Below are positions 51,096 to 61,366 of a stretch of DNA of 64,000 nt, piece by piece (within the stretch, counting starts at the first letter, position 1; each line of letters begins with the position of its first letter). Made by a program: the position numbers and the translations under genes. A model generated the notes under the pieces. The model made no database searches and had not been told where the DNA came from. It saw only the letters and a program-made list of their open reading frames with translations. The DNA is from Dipteris shenzhenensis (taxonomy: Eukaryota): assembly GCA_047967505.1 (NCBI GenBank), contig CM106538.1. One strand, 5' to 3'.

Positions 51096-52541
51096 GGAAG
51101 ACAAGCCAACAACCCCTTTAGCATAGATAAAAGACAAAAGAGTCAGGGAAAAGGATAGAAAGAGAACATGATAGAATTAAGAAAGAGTTTGAGTATGTAG
51201 GTAAAGCACCTACAAAATTGCATAAGAAGTATATGAGTTTTGATAAGAAGTGCCAATAATGTTTTTGCAAAAAATTAGAGCTTGGTGAAGTCCTAACAAG
51301 CATCTCGTTTATTGAAGAGGAGAGTCTACATACCTGCTACCATCCAACAAGGAAACGTGGTAAGAACTAGCTTAACTTAGGTTGGGAAGATAGGTGTCAT
51401 AAACACCCCTCCCTTGTTATCGGGGTCACAATAAGATAGGAGCTTAACCAAAAACTTAAACAGCTCGATGTAGCATTATAAGTGCAAAAGAGATGGGTTT
51501 TCTAAATGGTGGAATGGAGTAAACCAAGTATTTTTTTATTTGGAGGGAAAGGGAAGGTGTAAAAAAATTAATCTAAGTATTAAGCACATGGAGGGTGGGA
51601 GACTAATATGAGTGATAGGAAAAATAAATCTTTATTTTAATTAGGAGAGGAAAACATTTAGATAACTATGAGTGGGGAAAGAAAATGAGAGATAGAAGTC
51701 GTGTATTAAGATAAAAGAAAAAAGAAAAAATGAACAAAAGGGAAAGAGACTATAGTCATACATGAATAAGATAAGGGTGGGAAGAAAGTCTAATTAGTGC
51801 TAGGGTGGAAAGGTAATGCATTTTTAAGGGTTTTTAATTTTTTAGTTAAAAAAGGAAGTGGTGAAAAAGAAAGTTTTAACAAGATCGGTAATGAAATGTG
51901 AAAATAGCGATGGTTTTTTAAGGGAATTTTTTTGAAAAGACATGATAAGGGGATATTTTAAAGGGAATTAATAAGAGGGGTGAGAGAGTTTTTAAAAACC
52001 AAGATAGAGATGGACATGTAATAAAGGAAAGGGGAAGAAAGATGTTAGAGGTTTGAATGAACTTAGCATTAGAAAAAACTTGGAGAAGGGGTATTTTAAG
52101 AGGAGGGGGAAAATTAGAGAAGGCAGAGGGAAAAAATGGGAATAAGGAAATAAGGGAAAAAGGAAGAAAAGGAAATAAATAATTAGAAAAGGAAGAGAGG
52201 ATACATAGAGAGAGAAGAGGGTGAGGTAGGGACAAAATGTATGTAAAGAGAGGGGGTTTGGGGGGGGGTGCTGGGGGTAAATATAAAATAATTAAGGGGG
52301 GCATTGAAGGGGGTATTAGAAATAAGTATAAGGGAGGGAGAAATTAGATATAAAAATTAAGAAGGGGGAGGGGGGGAATTTGATGTAACATTTGAGAAGG
52401 GAAAGGGTAATTATAAAGGAGAAAATGAGAGGTAGAGAGTAAGGAGAAGAGGAAAGAGAATTAAAAAAAGGGGAGGAAATTTTAATTAATAAGGGTGCTT
52501 CAAAAGGGAAAAGGGGGGGTTTAAATGTAATGCTAGAGGAA

Positions 52542-52898
52542 CTAAGGGACCTGTGAGTCCATAGGTGGAGTGTGAGGGTTGAACACCACGTCAAAGTAAA
52601 CTACCATGGACCTGGAGAGTAGGGGGAGAATAGTCTCGTAGACACTGCAATGTAAAATGATGGCAACGTAGTGAGAGACGACTTCCATAGCACAAGAGGC
52701 AGGCTGCTTGGTGGCGCAAGCCGCGAAGAGACAAAAGCGATTGATGGCACTGCCTTGAAGGTCACAACTCACGAACTCCAAGCAAATATGAGAAATGGGC
52801 ATGCGGGTATGCACTAGGGGCCGCCAGAGGTGGACGAAGGGAGTAAAGAGGGGGAAGCATCACTGAGCTCATTGCTACTAAACAGTGGTGAGAGGCAT
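52542..52898 (-). pseudogene. Decayed small ORF (~118 aa) of unknown function with an upstream TATA
   Basis: ATG at 52898 is in frame with ORF 52542-52814. Four early stops (TAG, TAG, TGA, TGA) are each one C>T from CAG/CGA; TATTTAAA at 52992-52985. Confidence 0.5.
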
Positions 52899-54392
52899 AG
52901 AGGGTCTAGAGGAGCAGATGTAGGAGCAAATGAGGGTGAGGTGCAAGGGCTTTGGAGGTGGGAAGGACGGGTTTGAGGTGAGGGTTTAAATAGGTGAGGG
53001 GAAAAGTCAGGGGGTCGAGGAAACCAGTCGATCAGGGAGTTTGAAAGTTGGGGCGTTTTGGGGGGCTAGAGTAGTGAGGTAAGGTTAGGGAGTGGTTTAA
53101 GAGTGTGGAAAAGGCTAGGAATAGTTCAAAATAGGGAGGAAGGAATAGGGAAGTAGGAAAACATTAGGAAAAGGTAGGAAGATAAGGGAAAATTAGAAAA
53201 AAAAGGGGGGGGTTAGCATAAAAGTTAAAAAGGAAAAATTTGGCAAATAAGAGTAGAGAAAAAATTAATGGGAAGTAGGAAAAAGTCTTTAAGTAGATTC
53301 AAGAAAAATAATGAAAATAAGACATTTAGAAGAAAAGAAATAACCAAAAAATACATGGGAAAATCTAAGGAAAACAAGAAAAGAAAAGTAATGAAGGAAA
53401 TTAAGAAAAATTAATATAGGAAATAAAAATTAGGAGATAAGGACAATAAGTAAAATTAAAAATTAGATAAAATACAATAAAATTAGAAGAGAGAAAAATT
53501 ACAATAAAATTTTATGGAGTTAAAGAGAAAATTTAGAAAAAATTATTAATAAAAAAGGAAAAAAGGAGGGGTTTTAATAAAGGATAAAAAGGGAAAGGAG
53601 TAAGAGATGGGAAAAATAAGGAAAAGGAGATAAGAAAAATTAAAGCAAAACAAAAACAAAGGAAAACTTTAAGGTAGGTAAAAAAATTAAGGAAACAATG
53701 AAAAAATACATTTAATTAATAAGAAAACTAGGGAGAAGAGAAAAGGAAAGGAAAATGAGTAACAATTAAGCAAAACACAAAATAAATAGGGAAAATAATG
53801 GAAATTAAAAGGGATTAACGAACAAAGGTCATAGGATAAATAATTAAATTTTAGAAAAAGGAAAATTAGGGAAGAATTTATTAATTTTCTTTTATAAAAA
53901 AGGAAATTAGGGACAAATTGGGAGAAAGTATTAGAAAAAGGGAGAATAAATAAGAAAAAAAAGGGATAATTAAGGAAAGTAGGGGTGAATAGGGATAAAA
54001 GGGGGGGGAGATAAGGTGGGAATACAAAGGAACAAGGGTTTAAACAAAAGGGGGAAGGGGTAGGGAGTGTGTATGTGTGGCCCACCCCCAACCCAGAGGG
54101 TAAGACCACATGGTGGGGAGTAAGCTCACCATGTGGAACTTACTCCCCACCTACTAATAATACTTGAATAAAATTGGATATGTATGATAAGTGTCAAAAT
54201 GAAAAAATGATGCCAATAGTAAATGTGTAAACCACTTCTGCAAAATAGATATAAAAGTTAGTTAAAAATAAGGCGGATCATAAAATGACTAGGGATTATC
54301 CATGCTAAAGAATTATCCAATGGATGTGAACTAACTGAATGGCACTAGCCCAACCAAAGGTTAGTTCACAAATCAAAGTGTGTTTTTATAAT

Positions 54393-54960
54393 AAAAAGTC
54401 CCATCAATAATTGAGCCATACAATTAATTCCATCAATTGAATAAAAAGTAAAAAAAGGGAAACATATAAGAGGAAAAAATGTTTGAGACATCTAAGTTGA
54501 AAAATGCAACAACTAGAGTTTGCAAAAATTTAGACCAAAATTAAGAAATTTTAATAATATTGAGTTTCACAAACACAACATTGGAAAAAGATGTTGAATC
54601 CTCAGGCAATCCAAGTTTCGAGGTCGGGGTCCACTTACCTACCACCATCCAAACAAATTAGGTGTTATAACATCATAGTTACGTTTGGGTAGACATGTAA
54701 TGCATGTTTTCCGTAACTTGTTATTGCTTTACCTAGGAATATAGACAACCATATGAATTCTTAGATAATTAAAAAAAAATCAAGTCACACATGGAGTAAG
54801 GAGTGAATGACTACATGGGTTGAGAAGGTATTAGAGGAGGTATGGGAGGATTAGTGGACTTGGTGTGTGGGGTGGTTAAAAAGAGAGTGTAAATGGGAGA
54901 TTTCACGGGGGGTACATAAAATAATAATTCATAGTAGGGAAAGTATACGTGTGTGTGTGT
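54393..54960. repeat. ~560-bp direct repeat, copy 2, running into a compound (GT)n/(GA)n tract to ~55280
   Basis: Colinear with 50533-51095. Confidence 0.95.
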
Positions 54961-55003
54961 GTGCATGTATGTGCACATGCATGTGTGTGTGCATGTGCAT
55001 GTG

Positions 55004-55058
<55 letters not shown>

Positions 55059-55223
55059 ACACATGCATGTGCATGTGTGCACACATGCGCACATGTGTGT
55101 GTGTACAGAAATAAGTGTCTCTGTGTGCGAGATACATTTACTATTGTGTGTGTGTGTGTGTGTTGGGGGGGGGGGGGAGTGGGTGTGTATACACATGGAC
55201 ACATGCGTGTGTGTGTGTGTGTG

Positions 55224-55275
<52 letters not shown>

Positions 55276-55983
55276 CAGAGAGCAAAACCTAATAATTTTT
55301 ATCACATTCATTCTTGAACTTACAATTGGATGACTATGTTGATTTCTACAGATTAGAGAAGGATTTGAGGTGTACCGATGAGAGTGCTAGAAGGTGTGGA
55401 GCAATGGTCTATTAAGGTGGAGGGTGGGAAGGCCTACAGAGAGCCCCTATTGGCTAGTCCCCTTACACTAGGGACCACCCAAACCATCCCCGCCCCTCCC
55501 CCTTAACCCATGTTTGACCCTCCTACCAGGTGCACCTCCCCCACATGAGCCCAAATCTGCCTTCAATGAGATGGTAGGCCCCTTGTCGTAGATTTTTCTT
55601 CTCCCCTCGTCTAGGACCTCTACCCTCCACTATTCTGGTCCAGCCTGCCATTCCCTCCATTTTTGAATTGTGAGGCTGCCCTCCCTTACATTTTCCCTCT
55701 TCCCCCTCTTTCTCTACTCCGTCCGGCTCTAGCCTGCTTGTTGCAGCTCCTCTCTCTCTCTCTCTCTCTCTCCCTCTCCCCTCTCTCTCTCCTGTGCCTT
55801 TGTTGGTGTTGCTCTGTCCTTCTCCATCTCCCTCTTTTGTGCCTCTATTGGAGCTGCTCTGTCCCTCTCCTATGCCTCTATTGCTACTACTCTATCCCTC
55901 TTATTCTCCCTCTTTTGTGCCTCTATTGGAGCTACATTGTCCTGTGTAGGAGTCCCATTCTCGTTGTTGCAACCTCTGCAAGC

Positions 55984-56493
55984 ATGGTGAGGAGCAAGGC
56001 TACAAGATCATCCAATTTTATAACCTCTTATGTCTTCCACAACACCATAAATGCATTGGATGTATGGATCCCTTGCACCTACAACTTAAATGATTGGATA
56101 GTGATGAAAGGATCGGCCAAAGGTCCACATAAGCTTCCCAAGAGCAAGAGAGGTGATATCTTGCATGAGTGGAAGGGACACATCTTGAAGTTCAAGTTTG
56201 GGAAGAAAGGATGGCTCACAAAAGTGAAACATGTCTACATGGAAAAAGATATGCGGCTTCCTCCATCATTCAATCAATCTAGAATACCATCACATTGTGA
56301 GCCTTTCTATCTATGTACCTTTTTCACATGTAAGTGTACCGATCCATATGGAAATTTTGTGTTTAGTTTCTAAGATCTCTTATTCATGGTGGCAGATGTT
56401 TTCCCTTCAGACTTCAAGGAGTGGGAACTAGTTGAATTATTCATAGGCAAGTTCATTGCAATTCATGAGGATATTGTTGCAAGAGGCATTTGA
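55984..56493 (+). pseudogene. Two-exon ORF encoding a BAH-like domain (exons 55984-56329 or 55984-56314, and 56396-~56493)
   Basis: TYNLNDWIVMK..EWKGHILKF..VKHVYMEKDM..|YVFPSDFKEWELVELFIGKFIAIH follows the BAH motif order. A phase-1 GT..AG intron (GTAAGT at 56330, GGCAG ending 56395) restores the frame. Confidence 0.55.
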
Positions 56494-56506
56494 GCTTGAT
56501 GAATTC

Positions 56507-56878
56507 TCATCTCAACAGGGTAATGTTTGCAGCGCATTTGGGTGAGACCATTCTTTGTCCCATTACATCGGTGAAGTCATAGAGCATCTCGTGGTCTTCC
56601 ATAATAAATTTTCTCCTCAAGGGCCTGCAGAGCTGCTGAAGTGCAAGGCATTGTCGCATGCTATCGGATTCTCCAACATTACTTAGAATGCCAACAAAGT
56701 GATTTTGGTACACCGCCTAGCTACTATCAATGCTTTTGGAGGGCTCATGAGAGTTTGATGAGGTGCCACCAAACTTGGATAGGTTCGTGTGCACAGATGC
56801 CATGGAGGTGGTGGAGCTAGAGGAGGAAGGGTGGAGGCGATGGCCTGTGGGTCTAGCAGTGTTCTTCACTCATGCCAT
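56507..56878 (-). pseudogene. Decayed ~123-aa ORF starting with a histone-H3-tail-like sequence MA(R)VKNTARPTG
   Basis: ATG at 56878 is in frame with ORF 56507-56713. Two internal stops (TGA at 56870-56872, TAG at 56717-56719) are each revertible by one transition. Confidence 0.55.
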
Positions 56879-56891
56879 TGAATAATGAGAG

Positions 56892-56918
56892 TTAGGGTTT
56901 TTAAAAGCATTTTATATA
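56892..56918 (-). promoter_or_regulatory. TATA box plus telo-box upstream of the H3-tail-like ORF
   Basis: Minus strand reads TATATAAA (56918-56911), AAACCCTAA (56900-56892), then ATG at 56878. Confidence 0.6.
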
Positions 56919-57869
56919 GGCTCATCATCTTTTGACACCCCTTTTAATTATGTTTAGGGTGTCATTGTGCCCCTTGCCCCCACCCTAACCCCTCCAAACC
57001 CCCCACCCTCGTCGCCCTCCCCCCTATTATTCTCCCCCACCCACACCCATCACCCTCTCCCATACCCCCATCCCACCGTCACACCCCTCCCCCCTCCCTC
57101 CCCCCACCCTTGCTACCACTCCACCCCCCCCCCCTTTCCCTAGCCTGCCCTATGCCCCTCCTTTCTCTTCCCCCTCCTCCAACCTCTCCCCACCTTCCCC
57201 AACCTCATTACCTCACATGGACCCTGGACTCCAAGAGTCAGTACAAAACTTATGGTCAAGATAAGCAAGATATTCAAGAGTGAGTACACAAATTGTGATC
57301 AAAATAAGCAAGATATTCATTTCATAACTATATACAATTACACCATAGCTTCTATTACTGGTTGGACCCATTTGCTCCCTTCTCTCACTCTTCTTGCAAC
57401 CAATGTGTGACTCATTGACTCCCTATGGATGCTTTCCAAGCACTATGCCTTCTATTCTTTGATACAATTTGAACTGCTTTTGCAAGTTCTGATGCCTTTG
57501 CCTTTTCAGACTTCAAAGTCCTTCCTCAGTGTATAAATTCCTAGATCAAATATTGCTATCACCCAGTAGAGCAAAGAAGCTAAGAAAATCCAAAGATATA
57601 GAAAAATTCTAACTTTCAACATATATCTAGATCTATTTGAGTAAATCCAAATAATAAGGAATAAAAAGATCTACATGTAAAAACATATAAGTAATGTTTT
57701 TTCCAAAAAGACTTTTTTGAGATAATTACATCTATGAAAAAAGTAAGAGAAGGATAAACCAAAATAAGGAAATTATTATAAAACAATAAATCACACCAAA
57801 TATGTAAATAAGAGTACCTTTACAAATATGAATAGATAGCCATATGAATCAATAAAAGTATATATATCT

Positions 57870-57907
57870 TCTATGTATATGTGTATGTATGTATGTATAA
57901 ATATACA

Positions 57908-57955
<48 letters not shown>

Positions 57956-58054
57956 CAAAATTTATTAGCACTGTCTTCCAGGCAACGCTATACTAACAGT
58001 TTTGTCAAAAAGTGTCCCACACAGTTTGTTGCCAAGTGGCCCCCTTTTATTTTG

Positions 58055-58126
<72 letters not shown>
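57870..58126. repeat. (TATG)/(TACA)n/(TA)n and (TC)n microsatellites
   Basis: Runs at ~57870-57955 and ~58057-58126. Confidence 0.95.
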
Positions 58127-58129
<3 letters not shown>

Positions 58130-59690
58130 CTCCACATAGTACCTTCCAAGAAGGATGACTCCACCCTATCGTAGGCCTTCTTGAAATCCAAGAGGAGGAT
58201 GGCCAATGGCTGTGACTCCTCCTTGGACCAATCCACTGCCTCCCAGAATGTGAAGATGTTGTCTAGGATGATGCGTTCCTAGACGATGAACGCAATCTAT
58301 GTGTCGTGAATAATGTCAGTAAGATGGGGCCGTAATTGCAAACTCAAGACCCTGGCGATGATCTTGTATGCAGTATCAAGCAAAGTGATTGGTCTCCACT
58401 ACCGGTGGATATCTAACCTATCTCCCCCTTTTGGGATCAAACAAATCCACCCCCTGCTCAAGGAATGAGGGAGGGAGCCCGTGTCAACTGAAGTCATCCT
58501 CTCTATCTAAAAGAGCTGACTGTAAAAACCTGTGGTCAAGTCTAAAATCTCCTGCGGGTCAGTGTGCATGATGCTATGTGGATCTTGAAGATGCTTCAGC
58601 TGCGTGCTTGCTGATCGAGGCCCAATGGTCTAAAAACTTTACTTCATCATCTTGTCCCCTTGCTGTATCCACCGAGCCCAGGAAAAGTGATAGGAGAACT
58701 CAGACTGCCAAATCTCCATGTCCTGAAGCTCAAGGCAAGTGCTCTCAAACCTATCCCTAAGCCACTAAGATCTTGGGCCCTACTCCCTAAGATGCTCTAT
58801 GGAGGTGAGGTCTCTCCTTAGTGCTCCCTCATGCTCTTAAAGAGTCCTCCCCTCTGCCTAAGGGCATAAGCTTGCAACTCCTTACTACTCCTCAGGATCA
58901 CATCGGCCACCCATGAAGCCTAGCCCTTGCACGGTGCAATCTCTGACTACTGCCCAATCCCTACCATGACCTACTGAATCTCCTCGTCTTGCAAGAGGTC
59001 CTATGGAATGCGGACCCACTTTTGGGGAAGACCTCTATAGAGCTGCTCTAAGTGAACTACTATTGGAGAGTGGTCTGACATCGTGGTACCTACCACAATC
59101 CCGATAGAGCCACCTCTATGTAGTGCCCAGTCGCCAATGTAGAAGCGGTCTACCCTCCCAAGTAGTCCATCATGTCTCCTCTATCCAAAAGAAAAGTTGA
59201 GGCTACCAGGTATCCTGATGAAATCGGGCTCTCACCACATGGGTCTCTGCCACTGATCATGAAAACGAATTGCTCCCACATGCTCCGCTTTGCTACTATT
59301 GGCATATTAGAGAAGGAGGTGCCACCCTGCTTGTGCTCCCCAATCTCCATGTTGTTGAAGTCCCCTCCAAAATTCCAAGAATCTACAACTGGAAGACACT
59401 CTGAAAGCCTCCTTCAAAAGGATTGGATGGTGCTGTCTACACATTGGGTCATACACATTTAGGATCCCAATCTTGGACTCTCCCATCCAAACTGGCCATC
59501 ATGGGATAAGCTCGCCCTGCTCATAGACCTCTGGAGCCACTATCAGTGAGACCGAGATGCAGACCCCTCCGCTCCATCCTACTATAGGGGACCACACCTC
59601 CGAACCTCTCCCTGGGAGGAGGTGGTGTCACCGTCTAAGGATGTCCACTATCTGCCTTACCCAGTGCCCTCTGCAACTCCTACTGAAAGA
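58127..59690 (-). mobile_element. Decayed L1-like LINE (endonuclease to mid-RT), bounded by (TC)n tracts
   Basis: WNFGGDFNNME (APE endonuclease); NIFTFWEAVDWSKEESQPLAILLLDFKKAYDRV, same family as the RT near 12900. Confidence 0.85.
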
Positions 59691-59710
59691 TTAGTTGCTC
59701 CAATTGACTA

Positions 59711-59750
<40 letters not shown>

Positions 59751-60577
59751 TGGGGATGGGGTGGGGCGAGGTCATAAGGTAAGTGGGATTTGGGGGGGTT
59801 TTGCTAACGTAGTTAGTATATAAAGGGAGTTTTAAGAGAAAGTATTAAGTGTGTGTGTGTGTGTGTGGTCCTATCAACTACTCTACTGCACTTATTCTCA
59901 ATGAACTAGTAAACCAAATACAACCATTTACCATTGCCCTTAACATTGCATAAGTGAAAATAATCCACTACCATACCATCCCTTCCAATAAATTGTCAAT
60001 GTGGAAGTCAACTTATATACTCACATTCATGTCAGTAAATTACAAAAAGTCCAACAATAATCCTGATTAGTCTCCAATAGAAAGTCCAATCTTCATTTAT
60101 CTTAGTAGTTGGAGATAATCCACCATAGAGTACTCCTCGAAGTTGCCAACAACGTATCTTCATGCCTTATATTTTTCACTAAACTAGATGGAGAGGTATG
60201 CTGACTCACCTAGCACCATCACAACCAAATGAAAGTTAGAAAAATTCATTCAAGTTGTGGTAGCCAGGCTTCAATGTTGGCACACAGTTGTCATCCATGT
60301 CGCTCTATCTAGATTAGCATAATCAAATCATGGCATTCCAGTATTCATCAATCATCACAATTGGAATTTAGACCGTTAATGAAATGATTATAAAATGTTA
60401 AAGTAATTTCCAAGGGAATATTTGGATTAATCAGAGGCCCTGTCGTCCTTTTATAGTTCCTAACCAATCATGATGTTGAATCATGTTTAGCCTACAAACA
60501 AGAACCATTAGGTATGTCTGACTAGTCAATGTGTAGCGTGATAAGTTCAAGCTCTTATGAAAAGAAGAATTTCAACA

Positions 60578-60923
60578 AAAAACTTTTTAAATATGTAGAA
60601 TTTTAACACTATAACATAAGAAATGGATGTGTTCATATCACACCGATCGTTTTGACTACAAATATGACCATGCTTGGAGTCATATTGACCAAGTTATGGC
60701 CAAAATAAGATTCGTTGCCCAAGCTCCTCAAGTACGGCCAGGGGCTGCACTAGCGTAGCCCCTCAAGTGCTCGGGGGACTTGGACAGCCAGTCTTATTTT
60801 GGCCATAACTTGGTAAATATGACTCCAAACATGGTCATGTTTGTAGTCAAAATGATTGGTGTGATATGACCAAAGCCATTTCTTGTGTTAGAGTGTCCAA
60901 ATTCTATATAATTAAAAGTTTTG
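60578..60923. repeat. ~345-bp spacerless foldback palindrome (MITE-like)
   Basis: Arms pair around CTAG at 60750-60753, e.g. ACCAAGTTATGGCCAAAATAAGA vs TCTTATTTTGGCCATAACTTGGT. Confidence 0.92.
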
Positions 60924-61093
60924 GCTTAATTTTTTTATTGAATACTTAGAATTGCCAGTTTTTAACTAGAACTAGGAGGCCTTATTGGCATAAACGTTAG
61001 GTTCTTATTCATAGAGACCTCAAAGAGTATCTTTAAAATTGTCTTGTGAAATGATTTAGAGAGCCCAAAGAGCTAGGTGGGGCTAGAACACAT

Positions 61094-61324
61094 TGTTGTT
61101 GGCATAATGGCTTTCATCGGCATTAAGACACCCAAATGAGAGTGCTCTCAACGGAAGCAAGAACGGAAGAGGGAGAGAGAGAAATAGAGACAGAGAGACA
61201 CACAAGTTTTGGTGGGTGCAGAACCACCCTAATCTTCTTTTTCATTCATTTATATATGTGTTTGAGTATTGTACATAACCGGGGTAAAGGCACAGTGACC
61301 TTTAACCCCCACAACCTCCCACTT
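61094..61324 (-). mobile_element. 3' LTR (~220 bp) and PPT of the right-edge copia
   Basis: Minus-strand PPT AAGTGGGAG (61324-61316), TGT at 61313, internal TATATAAA, candidate ..AACA end at 61094 or 61097. Confidence 0.7.
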
Positions 61325-61366
61325 AAAGGACAATGTGCCTTTAAGGGAGAACAACCAGTGAGCATA

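Noticed and set aside
54811-55333. His/Thr- and Cys/Val-repeat ORFs (also at 34059-34597 and 50357-50677)
   Set aside because: Microsatellite translations.
55663-55983. Hydrophobic N-terminal part of the 236-aa ORF
   Set aside because: Non-ATG start, derived from a CT-rich leader with ~30-40-bp tandem repeats; the credible start is ATG 55984.
56507-56878. True histone H3 or CENH3 gene
   Set aside because: No histone-fold motifs follow the tail-like first nine residues.
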